A stretch of DNA of 64,000 nucleotides from Styela clava (Eukaryota), in contig NC_135255.1 of the NCBI RefSeq assembly GCF_964204865.1, forward strand, positions 14,632,001-14,696,000, given 5' to 3'. The position numbers and the translations under genes are program-made. Under the pieces are notes generated by a model. The model ran no database searches, was not told where the DNA came from, and saw only the letters and a program-made list of their open reading frames with translations. Numbering within the stretch: position 1 is the stretch's first letter; the number at the start of each line of letters is the position of its first letter. This document shows positions 52,397-64,000 of the stretch, one piece after another.

Positions 52397-55300
52397 TCAT
52401 CCATCTGCACCCCTTGCATGTCGGAAATGAAAATTAACTACATAATCGGTACTCGTTCTCTGCACTGAAATTGCAAAAGGTTCGAATGGATGAAAAGTGA
52501 AAGCTACTAATCTTCTTGATGACGTGGCGGGATGAGATCCTCCTTTACCTGCATAAATGCGGAACTTCAGTATTCCCGAATCTCGAGCGTAAAACCTGTT
52601 CAAAAATAAATTGTTCTAATAAAAAACTACTAGCGCTAAATTCCTGAACAATCAAAGTAATGCCAAATTTTATAAAAAATTGGAATGGAATGTGAAATGT
52701 CAGTGTTGGGAGTTAATGGTGATACACATCAATGAGTATGTAATCTTTCAAAGTGACTCTATTTATCTAAATCAGGGGTATGCAACTGGTGGCTGCTGGC
52801 CCGCCAAGCCATTCAGTGTGGCTCTTGTCAACACTCAGATTTTTCCTCATCTAGCATAAAATCCTAATCCGACAAATTATTCTCGAAAAGACAATGCCCA
52901 AAATACAAAATATTATTTTGCTCTTGTTGCTGCATTATATCTTATTCCGTTTTTCCCGTAAGGTTAGGCGATAGCCGCATTATCTTTTCTTGCCTTTCCT
53001 ACATTGCTAAGGTTGTCGTTTTGTACATGAGAAAACACATTTTTTTGTATGGCACAGATAGATAGATATCTGACATTGGTTATACGGCCCACCGACAAAA
53101 AATGTTACACACCCCTGATCCAAACTAAATGACTCAGATAACCTCCAAAGAGATTTGAACTGAGATAATATTGAAATCATAAAAAAAACGTGGATGAAGA
53201 TTCACCATGTTGAGTATGTATTGAAAGAATTGAAAATTCATTATGTGTTGTGTTGATTCCAAGCTAAATGTTACCAATATATGATTAAATTAAGTTTGAT
53301 CATCAAAAGGGGGTTTTACAGGGAGATGGGAGGTATAGGCCTCATAAGTGTGATTCGTATTTATCTATTTCGCTGTTGCTTATCAAACATGCTATGACTC
53401 CGACTGGACTGTTCACTCAAAACAGCAGCAACTCTGTTTGTTTTTTGACTCATGATTACAGTGACTCAACTGACCTCAGGACTCTGACTTGACTCCAGGC
53501 TTAAAACCCATTATGGACTAACATCATCACTTGATCAAAGTCAAAATCATATTGAAAATTTTTGTATTCCCCCTATTTGGCAAACAAATGTTCCATTGAA
53601 TATACAGAACATTCAGGAAGTCTTGTTATATTCGACAATTGGCTTTGAAGGCAGTTGTCAATTTTATTTTTATATATATTTTTACTTTGTTTAATATACC
53701 TTTATATGCCCATTATTAGTTGCACAAAGAATTTTATAGTTTTTTTTTCAACTTATGAAGACAGTGTAAATCTGAATAAAATTGACAATCAATTTCAAAC
53801 CTTATGGGATGATCTCCACAGCTTTTAGGACGTTCGAGTGATGATATCCATTTGTCATCATAACTAAACAAAGAAAGGTCCAAATACGGACTACAATTAT
53901 GTGACTGCGCTGGTACTGGTAGTTGTGCAAGAAGTCTTTTGATTGCTTCTGTATGACCACCATATTTTGCATTTATGATTGTTTCTTTGAATCTGAAAAG
54001 AAATACAAAAACAAAAATAATTTATTTTTTCAAACTCTTTCCAGTTCTTGTTTATGATGATAAGATGTGATCTACATATTTATGCCAGGGGTGAAGAAAG
54101 CCAAAAAGAGGGCTTAACCATATATGGCGAACCATGGCCTGTCGTCCAGTTGCCTGTCCATGTCGGGTACCACATTAGTTAGCGAGTTATTTATTTGTGA
54201 TGCATGGACTTGATAGTGGAGAAAGTCGTAATGAACTAGTGGTCACGTAAACTCCTCTCACGGCAAAAGTCGTAATAAACCAGTGTTTACGTAAACCCCC
54301 CTTGCGGCGGCGAGGAGTCCAGCAATCCCCTTGCACAGAATTATCTTCACATGATGCTCTGGAGAATTACTATGATAGTATAAACTTTAGCAGGCTCTGT
54401 AAATTACGGTACTCAATTTGTAGAATGTTCAAAAATCAAAAAATATTGATATTACCTCTTTTGTATTTTGAGTGTGTGTACATTAGCTGCGGCTGCTGCT
54501 TGTTGTTGCCAAGCACCGCCTGGTTGTCCAGGGTTACCAGTGTCTGCTGGAGATCCTGTCCACACAAACAATAAATATATATATTAAACCACTCCTACTG
54601 CTTACCCACATGGTATAGCTATAACGATAAAAAAGAAACGAGAATATCGGTCAGAGACCGAAGACTTATGGATTGAAAGTTAGGGAATCCCCCAAAACAG
54701 CGCTCTTACTCCATAGTGACACCTTGTGTCCCATCACTAATTAATTAATAACTCGCTAATTATACAACATAATTCGCCCAAAATCAATAGGCTTCTGGTC
54801 CGAGATATGATGAATGCACATGCAAAATTTGGAGCAGATTCAATCTCGCTTTCGTGAGATATCGCGTGCATCTAACAGACAGACAGATTAAAATCGATAA
54901 GTAATTACCTGGAGGCCTGAATAAATCAGGATGACGTTCAAAGATGGATAAAAGATCACATGACGTATTTTCGTATACTGCAAGTACCTTGGCATCGGGT
55001 ATATCATATGTAACAAAAAATGATGGCTGAGCTCCAGGTTCTTGTACTCGTGAACTCACAACATCTTCACTTGCATACTATATATAAAATAAAACAAGAT
55101 AAGCCACACTCAAATATATGGATATGAAGGTCAAAACGAAGTAGCATCAGATCTTTTACGGTACTGGTAGGCTGACCATGGGATCGCTGAAATTCATTTT
55201 AAATTTTGATGACATCTTCGTACACAAAAAACAAATTTTACAGAGCCCACAGAAATTTTTAAAATAAATAAAAGTAAGTAATAGCCTTCTAGCGAGAAAA

Positions 55301-58300
55301 ACAATGTTTAACCACAGATAATTTCAAAGTTAATGAGATTATAATTTTAGGATTTATTAAAATTTTCAATATTGTAAAATAAAAAAAGAAATACATATCC
55401 CCTGGGCCCCCTTTTTTTGATAAATTTCGGATATTTGGATCGGATATTTGAGTACCCTCTGAAAACATTTTCAGATGATTTGTTAAATTGGAATAAACTT
55501 TTTGTAATGAAAAAGGTTTTCAGATAATTTTAATATTTCTAAATACATGATGATCGCTATTGAATGGGTACAAAATTTACCTATGGAGTTTAGCATTTAC
55601 GATATATTACAGCACATTAGAATACTATTGAGAAGCACATCCAGAATAGAAATTCTGAATTAAAAAGATATGGAGAAATAGTCAGCACAATTTTACCCAA
55701 AACTCTTAAAATAAAAATGATAATTCAGTCAAGACAACATATTTATTTCAACTTTCATTTAAATATCATTTTGTAAATTGTCAATATCTAATAATCACCT
55801 TAATTAAAAGATGGTTCTCATCCAGCAACTGCATTTTCCACATCCTGAGAGAACATAAAAATTCAAAATGTTGATGAAAACGGCGAACATGTTCTCTCCC
55901 TTGCTTTTCTGCTTGCTTGTATAAATGCACAAGAATCCTTGAGTAAATGGTCGAAAATTAGAAAATGTTGGAAAAATCTGATTTCATATCCACGTTATAT
56001 TTAACTAATTGAGTCAGGCAGTAGTTTATTTTTACACACGCTGAAAATACACATTGACATGCAGAATAAAGAAAGATAATTGAGTAACCTGTAACCTTTA
56101 TTTTAAACCAGTAATAGACATTGTGCAGCGTCACCTATGAGGAGGTCTAACATTGAATTATACTAAGGAAAAAAAGTCAAACATAAAATACTAAAAGACG
56201 GAAGAGACCCGATATCCGAGTGTCGCTCGTTACAATGGGAGAGAACAACTCCAGATACGACAGGCAGGGAAACCATGGCAACCACAGTTTATTTGAATCT
56301 TAAAACCATTTTTCTCCCTACCTGTGCTTTAATGAATTGATGGGTTTCTCAGCATAAGGCATTCTTAATGCTTCTTCTGCTGCTGGATCTCGCAAGTTTG
56401 ATAAAACAAACTGATCATCATCGAAGCAAAATCGTCCAATTGTATTTGTTTCTATCAACTCACCATCATTTGTTACCTGTGCAATCATTTAATATTGAAA
56501 ATGCTATATATTATTGCACTAAATATCACAAAAAATATACGCTGTTTATAAAGTAACTTATATTTTTTTTTCAGTTTCACAATAGAACTGTTAATTCACA
56601 AAATAAACCTTAATTCAAGATTGTACTGTGACATAATTATAACTTTTATTTGAGTGGTTCGAGACATTTTATTTCAATACATAAAATTCATCTTCATTCA
56701 GTGCCTAGGAATCCACAAACACAAATTACATTCATTTCAATTACATTCAAAAATTTACACTTGAAAAACTATTCCACTTTCCGCTGTGACATAAGTACAC
56801 CGTATCATTCACTAATAAGCCTGACAATACAATATATTTAAAAAGTTCTATTACTGCAATTGTATAGTTACCTGAAATATGTATATAGTCTGATGTTGAA
56901 CTGAAAGTATAGCAAGAGTGTTTCGATACAGATAAAGTCCTTGGTTGTGAGAAGGAAATATTTTGTCACAGCTGTTACAAATATTAACAAAGAACTGTTA
57001 AAATCTTGTAAACACAGAAAAAATTCGACAATGTGGTACATCGTGCTAACCCTCAGGAATACCCTGATTACCCTTTCAGACTCGAACCCAGTTGGGGATT
57101 ATTATGTACAAAAAGATTGATGGACTCCTTGTGGCCTAGGGTAGTTTATGTAACCGCTGGTCAGTTACAACTTCCTCCACCATCAAGACCATGCATCTGA
57201 AAACAAACAACTGGCTAACCTTCCCACACCTGACGAGAGGCCGTGGTTCGCGATATGATTAAGTCATCTTATCATCTTCCCTCTCCCCCAGGATAAATAT
57301 GTAAATTTCTTATCCTAAGGTGATGGCATTAGAGCATTGGACCGAGTCATGTTGACATTCAAGGACAAAGATTTCTGATTGAACCCCCATGCCTCACATG
57401 GCGTATAATCAATCATGTGGGCTATGCCAAGGACAGGAGATTTCTGCCCTTTCATAAGTAATGGCTGTTTATCTAGCTCCTTTTTTTGCAGTGGATGTGT
57501 AAAAATATTACATGCATATAAGTCTTCAATGGTTAGATATGAGTGAATCAAATAAAATAAAACAGCAACAGTGAAAGCCATAATCTATGTTATCACATTT
57601 CATGATCAAAGTTGATATGAAATATTTTAGTCCAAGGGTGGGCAACATACGTTCCGTGGGCCGGCCCACAACGAGATTTTGACCGGCCCGCTGACTGTAC
57701 ATCAGTACATTATGATATTACATTATTACACTTTTAGTACATTATGATAAATTTATTATGTGTTTTTTGGTCTCTATTTTTTGTAAATTTCAACTTCACT
57801 TTAAACGCGATTTATAATTTTCTTCCTTGCATCAGCAAATAAATATGTGATTAAGATATTGCACACTATTCCTGTAATAATCCGGACCACCGAGGACTTC
57901 ATTTTCCCACATCTGGCCCGCCGGCTAGCAAAGTTGCCCACCCTTGTTTCAGTCTGTGAGTCATGAGAAAACACTAGAAATTGAATGCCATACGTTTTTT
58001 CTTTCAATGTGGGATAATCTATGAATGCCTTATTCAAAGTTAAACACATGAAGCTTGGGTATACATGAATGAATCCAATTTACAGAAATGAATAATAACA
58101 ATATCTTCAACATACTTGAATTCTCGACTGAAGCATAAAACTCCAGTCTTTATGTTTACTACATGCAGAGTATAATTTTCCAGTGGTGAACGTGGGTTAG
58201 GACTAATACTCTCATTGTTTGTATAAATATCTGAAAAGGCTGGTCTTGGCTCCTGTCTTGTGTGACATGCGGCAGATACAATAACGTAACGAGAATCTTC

Positions 58301-60379
58301 CGTAAACAAACTGCATTCTCTGAATATTAATTCAAGTGATTACAAAAATTTAATAATGAGCAACAGCTTGAATACAAAATATTGTATTGGGATTCCCCGC
58401 CGAAAGCCCTTGGCCCACAAGTGGGCCCCAGCGTGGTTGGCGGGGGCAACAATGCTAGGCGCAAAACTGATTTTATCTTTTCCCTTCACAAAAAAACGCT
58501 AGGTTATTTCACAGGGTGTTTTCACTTTGTTGAGAATGAATTGTTTGAATATAATGGGATTTGGAATACACTAATCAAAATAATACTATACATACCACTG
58601 GAATGATGAACAATGGGCCATGAGTGCTAAAAGCCTGAAAAGGTTGGAAACCACTGAACTATAGACTTTTGAAACTATCATATATACGTCAGTTACTATC
58701 ATATATATATATATAGCCTAAATAAATAATATTCATTAAAAATTGCAAACAAGTGCTTTGTTATAACTCCAACATGATTCCAATAAAAGAACTTTTTTTA
58801 TTCGAGAAAATGTCACATTGCTAGCAAAATTCATGAAACAAAGATGAATTAAATAAGACAATCTATATTTCAGTTTAAGCCCATTTCAAAATTAGTAGGT
58901 TTCTTCTCATTGACTTTGCCCTGAATATCGGAAAAGTAAGTCATTAAATTATTCTATCCAAATTTATCCATTGTATTGATATCAAATTTGTCCAATCAAA
59001 TCTGAATATGGCATTTGAAAACCGTAAAAAATGTATGATGAAATAAACTGTATACAAATAATAAACATACCTATTTAAATGTTGACCTTCTGTTGCCACG
59101 GGTACTAAATGTTTTCGCTTGAAAAACGTTGCAAATAATTGCTCTTTCACTCTGTCATAAAAAGCTTTTATTGCTGGATTTTGTAAACGACTTGATTTTT
59201 CATGCATGACATCACTGGATACTGATGAAAGAAGATTTTCTGCAGCATCACAGCCTGAAAACCATGAAAAGAATAGGATTTACATATTTATCCTGAGAGA
59301 GAGGAAAGGTGGCTCAATCTATGGCGAGTCAGATCCTCATGTCGAATATGAGATTAGTTAGCCAGGTATTTGTTTCAGATGGATGAATCTGAATAAATTA
59401 TTCAATTATAGAGATAAGTTTCTTTTGTGTGTTAATATATTCCAAATAAACACAGAAAAGGGTTATTCAATTACAAAACTACCCACTAAAAACCAAAAAT
59501 AGCGCATCAAAGTATAGCTACAATCGCTCAAAATGACATCAGCGCCGACGATGACCCCCTTACTAATGCCAACGATCTCATATTGGGATTGTTAGGGTGA
59601 GAAAACAAGTGAAATAGCTTGCTCGACTTCGGGTAATCTTCTGCACATTTTGGACAACCATTCGTATACATCGTGGTGAAGTAATTTTTTGATGACGTAG
59701 TCATGTGGGGGTTAGAAATGACTGTTACGCCATGCCCACTAGAAGTTATGAAACTGCACGAGACCCAAAAAAGTTAGCATTGGTTTGATGCCCAATATTT
59801 TATAATTCAATTTACATTTATAGAACCAATAGGTAATTTAATATATTTACAACCTTTGAATTCAAATATTTCCACTGATGTTTGATCAGCTGAAAATGCA
59901 AGAAAATGTCGTCCATCTGGTGAAAACTTTCTTAGAAAACATGGTGGCTTCTCAACATTTACTACAGTAAAATTTGGAAATATGTTTTTGTAAAAATCTC
60001 TCGTCACATGCCATGGAGTTCCAGGCTTTAACTTGTGTATTTCACGTTGCTGGATTCTGGAATTTTTAAATACAGTTTGTATTAAGATAGTATTTTCAGA
60101 TTTTGGGCTTTCAAATAGTTCAAAACACACTGATGCAATATTTTCAATATGTACAATATTTTAATTCTGAATTGAACTTCATAAAATATATTACTTAACA
60201 GTGCAAGTAATTCAATGTAATATAACTTGTAGATAAGTGTGATGAACACAAAGTAACTCAAAGAGTCCCTACCTGTGAAAAACATTCTGATTTCTTATTC
60301 GTCGGCGAATAATATCTAATTTCCGTTCATCGCCATCTACTTTTCTCCTCTTTCTGTCAGACACATCTGGAACCTGCAT
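52397..60379 (-). CDS. DET1: De-etiolated 1 homolog (CUL4-DDB1-COP1 partner), 11 exons
   Basis: Exons 60379-60273, 60056-59854, ~59254-59072, ~58319-58116, ~56970-56872, ~56476-56322, 55937-55799, 55077-54909, ~54554-54456, ~53992-53801 and ~52595-52397. They give [79 protein letters not shown] and [20 protein letters not shown]. Confidence 0.96.
52773..53118. mobile_element. hAT-type MITE in DET1 last intron
   Basis: CAGGGGTATGCAAC ... GTTACACACCCCTG TIRs with GGCCCGCC subterminal motifs. Confidence 0.65.
54637..54904 (-). mobile_element. HINE/DINE-1-like element, family B, at the 5' end of a DET1 intron
   Basis: Minus strand starts TTACTTATCGATTTTAATCTGTCTGTCTG (subTIR plus CTGT microsatellite). 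It ends AATCCATAAGT (subTIR) CTTCGGTC-TCT-GACCGA (hairpin) TATTCTCGTTT. Confidence 0.75.
57045..57315 (+). mobile_element. Near full-length tRNA-derived SINE in DET1 intron
   Basis: B-box-like GACTCGAACCC, the family body (AACCGCTGGTCAGTTAC..CCTCCACCATCAAGACCATGCATCTGAAAACAAACAACTGGCTAAC; GACGAGAGGCCGTGGTT) and the tail CTCTCCCCCAGGATAAATATGTAAAT. Confidence 0.7.
57633..57946. mobile_element. hAT-type MITE with 8-bp TSD
   Basis: TIRs CAAGGGTGGGCAAC / GTTGCCCACCCTTG; TSD TTTTAGTC / TTTCAGTC. Confidence 0.8.
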
Positions 60380-60600
60380 ATCAAACCTCCTTGGGGCGGT
60401 GCAGAGAACTCCAACGGGAAGTGCAAAGTGTAAAAAACGCTTTTCCCCTTCGGGAATTTCCCTTTTTGAAATGAGTCAGAATCACGCATTCGTTACGTTA
60501 TCTCGTGATACAGTGCGTACCGTGGCTACGTCACTACGTTCGAGTTGATTTTCTTGTCCGGCCGACACTCGACCGTGTCTGGTCGGTTCTGTCGTGTTAA
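60380..60600. promoter_or_regulatory. Candidate bidirectional promoter between DET1 (-) and the small ORF/CHMP1A (+)
   Basis: CpG-dense, GC-elevated ~220-bp patch between the head-to-head ATGs at 60379 and 60631. Confidence 0.6.
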
Positions 60601-60630
60601 GTTAATATTGCAGATGAACAGTTGTGGGTC

Positions 60631-61032
60631 ATGGGATGCTTTCCGAGTAAATGGACAGATATAGAAGAGTGTTGCTTTGTTCATGGTGATATACCAATTA
60701 AAATACAACACAAAGGCAGAATGTCCGTCGCACAAATGGATTATGAAATCAGAAGTAAAAGAAACGCAGTTCAACCATATTCTTGTAGTCAACAACCCAG
60801 AAGAATGAGCATTGATATATCAGATTTGGGTCGATTTAAAGCTACGAGCGAAAGAGCATCTTCCAGTGTATCAGATGATATATTGCCAAACTTAAAAAAG
60901 ATGAATAATAGAAGAGTGAGCATAGCTAGTGAAGAGTCTACAGAAAGATATGAGTTTGATACAAATTCAATTCCTGACATTAAATTATCTGATGCGCCTA
61001 TTGTGAAATTGAAAAGTATTCTCAAAAATTGA
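60631..61032 (+). CDS. Single-exon uncharacterised 133-aa protein with MGCxxSK N-terminus, RRxS sites and C-terminal KSILK
   Basis: Open 402-nt frame from ATG 60631: MGCFPSKWTDIEECC...PRRMSID...RRVSIASEE...KLKSILKN*. It has a hydrophilic, protein-like composition, unlike the spurious AT-rich ORFs nearby. Confidence 0.6.
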   Translation: MGCFPSKWTDIEECCFVHGDIPIKIQHKGRMSVAQMDYEIRSKRNAVQPYSCSQQPRRMSIDISDLGRFKATSERASSSVSDDILPNLKKMNNRRVSIASEESTERYEFDTNSIPDIKLSDAPIVKLKSILKN

Positions 61033-61991
61033 TTGAACATTAAAAATCTATTATGCCATTAAAAACATAGGAATTCCTATAGAAAAATTAATGCAGAGGC
61101 GCATTGGTACCGATAAATGTCTAATTATTCACCTATAATACAGTAATATTTCACTTATCCCAACCCTGAACCAGTTTATATTATCATACTGTCATATGCA
61201 CTTTATCAAGAAGTATATTTTTGAAATCAACTTTTTAACCAATACCGTTTTTCTGCCAAAGTACCATACAACTCTAGTGAATAGCATGAGTTAAAATAGT
61301 AGAATTTTCATATATTCTCAAAATGTTTTTGTGGTGCTACCTTATCTAACTGTCTGAACTCATAATAATATCATATATCCCTTCGATTATGTTTTACGAA
61401 CAATGGCACGCTAAATTAACAAGTATTGAATCAAGCTTTAACTTGAAATTTCAAACAGTGTAGCTCAGTTTGTGTTGCAAACATTGGATTTGATTACTTA
61501 TTTTGTTATAATTGTGCATTTGTTTTGAACAGCAGTTGGGTTTCAGTGCATGTTTAGAGTAATTTAGAGGTTGGAAACTTTGTTTTTATGTTACAATTCC
61601 CAACTGAGTGAGCTGCTTCTGTGCTTTGGCAGATTCCTTTCTTATAGTAGTTTGTTGAGTTTGAGAAGCAAGAGTCTTTATAATTAGGCAATATTGTTTT
61701 AATAGCATAGTCAGGCGACGATTTTTAAAGATGAAAATATTACAATAGAAAGTGGACAAATTGAGAAAAGATTTATCAAAAATTGGCTATTTATTTATTG
61801 AAGGTGTTCTGTGTCAATATTATAAGGGTTATTTAACTCACGGCTAGTAGTACATCTAGTAATGTCAATGTTGAAAATTCTGTATATCTGTGACTGCTTC
61901 ATCTATCACTGTTAATTCATGGAATCCCAATATTTTATAATAGATTCTTAATATATATCATACTATTTCTATATTAGTGATTGATATCACC

Positions 61992-63804
61992 ATGTTTGGA
62001 TTTGGGAAAAAGCAATCCTTGGATGGTAAGTAAAGTCAATTTGGTAATATGACTTGAAACTGTGAGATCACTACAATAAACTAATTTTACAGACTCAATA
62101 TTTCAACTTCGATTTACTGCGAAGCAATTGGAAAAATCAGCAAGCAAATGTGAAAAAGCTCAAAATGTTGAAAAAAGGAAAGTCATAAAGGTGGAATTTA
62201 ATTTTGATTGTAAAACATAAAATTCAAGCCCTCAAAGAGTAGAGTGTCTACTGAAATGTATAGAGCTGCCAAGGGGTTTCAAACCTTTCTCCTTTACCCT
62301 GTTTTGGAACCCTTTCCTCCCCACCCATGCATAAAAACTATATCTCTAATGGATCTCTAGCTAGTGTTATGCACAAGTCACTCTCCCACTTACCGGTAAG
62401 TATTTTTTAATGTGTGAATAAATATGTATTATAGTAATAATGAGGACTGTTGGTAATACTACAGCAAATAAAAAGTTGAAACTTCATATATATTTCATGT
62501 AGAATTGAAAAGCTAATTGTGATTATGCAGGATGTGGCTGTTCAGAAATTGTTTCTTTTTGAAATCACAGTGCGAACATTCATTTTCCACAGGCAATCAG
62601 TGAAAAAAGATTAGATTTTGCACGTCTGTATGCAGAGAATGCAATAAGGTAATATACATTCTATTCAATTTAAAATTATGTCATTTCCCATTAGTTGTTC
62701 TGTTACAAACCGCTAGTTATGACCGCTGGTTAATTTTTGATACTAAAATATTGCAATTCATAAACAGTGAGTTGGTACATACGTTGGCGCAGGAAGTTTA
62801 ATAATATTGAATAGCCGAGCTACTTGCAAGCTTTGTCACAAAATGCATTTCCTTATTTTATTAGCCTTCTATTTCATTCCAGAAAGAAAAATGAAAGTTT
62901 AAATTACCTTAGACTTGCATCAAGGCTAGATGCTGTACAATCAAGAATTAAAACAGCTCAATCAATGAATCAAGTAAGTATCGAAATGGACGTAAGATGT
63001 GCATTGGAAGTTTCATTTGATCACTGATAAACATAATTATTATTTAGATAACAAAACAAATGACGGGAGTTGTAGCTGGGCTTGACAAAGCTATGAAGTC
63101 TATGAATTTAGAACAGATATCACAAATTATGGAGAAATTTGAATCACAGTTTGAAGATTTGGATGTTCACTCAAAGGTGATTTAATTTTGTTTTCTTTTG
63201 AAATCATTCCAGATGGTTTTTCATCTACTGAAATATCTGCGAATTTTGACCGACTAATATAATATATTGACTAATTTGCCAGGTTTTGGAAGATTCAATG
63301 GGATCCGCAACAACAGTCTCAACGCCACAATCACAAGTAGATGCATTAATACAACAAGTTGCCGATGAAAATGGCTTGGAAATGATATCTCAGGTCGATC
63401 AAGCTCCCATTGGTGAAGGCTCCCTCAGCTCGCAAGCACAGGCTTCAACTTCTGCTGATGCAGATTTAGAAAGAAGGTACGTTTTTCAAGATACTGATAT
63501 CGCGGGAAATTGCCAGATTTCAAAGGTCTTTCAGAAGTTCTTTCAAAGACTATGACCAGGAACTAGGACATGGTTGCTAAATGATAGGGATAAATCTGTA
63601 TGAAAAATGATCATCTTTGATGTGTTCAGGTTTGGTATCTCAGTATACAAGGCACAATACCAACAACCATAAGTGGGTGCACCTGTAAAATGCAGTCTGT
63701 ATAATTACAGCTAGCTTAGACTGAATGTGTAAAATCGGTGATGCAAACAATATTTAATTAACACAAACTTTTCTTTTTGCAGATTACGGGCGATGAGAAA
63801 CTAA
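61992..63804 (+). CDS. CHMP1A: Charged multivesicular body protein 1A (ESCRT-III), 207 aa, 7 exons
   Basis: Exons 61992-62025, 62093-62190, 62593-62648, 62883-62973, 63048-63176, 63283-63476 and 63783-63804. They give [73 protein letters not shown] and a C-terminal MIM1-type DLERRLRAMRN*. Confidence 0.93.
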
Positions 63805-64000
63805 AAATATGACAACAATAATTTTACTGTTTCATTTGTACAACTACAAGAATTGGCTGTGATTCCGTCCATGTAAGATGAACTGCTGGCCGATATTTAT
63901 AGGAAATATATGACTAATTGCGTATGTATCCCGTAGCTCCAATCATGGCGCTCTTCTGCAACCTAAATTCTTCCCATTTCTATCAACTAGAAGTAATGAG

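Overview
AT-rich, intron-rich eukaryotic DNA from an invertebrate animal. The compact introns and repeat types would fit an ascidian, but the species cannot be proven from this window. Protein genes I spliced by hand: TRAM1 (-, runs off the left edge), an unrecognised ~597-aa protein (+), a RING-finger protein with C-terminal hydrophobic segments (-), RABL2 (+, with a U12-type minor intron), Cactin (+, intronless CDS), TTC12 (+), DET1 (-), a single-exon 133-aa ORF starting MGCFPSK and ending KSILKN (+), and CHMP1A (+). Introns and intergenic DNA carry many non-autonomous elements: hAT, pogo-like, Mutator-like and Helentron-associated (HINE-like) elements plus a tRNA-derived SINE. Main observations: (1) a 3.1-kb decayed ISL2EU-type transposon whose mirrored arms each contain the same THAP exon and the same SINE; (2) TA-CCG(G)-TA insertions that look like excision footprints of the resident pogo-like MITEs; (3) the small lipidation/PKA/SILK-motif ORF and intronless Cactin, each lying between a promoter-like region and a downstream gene, suggesting operon-like or shared-leader transcription. 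Splice coordinates were read by eye and repeat boundaries are approximate.
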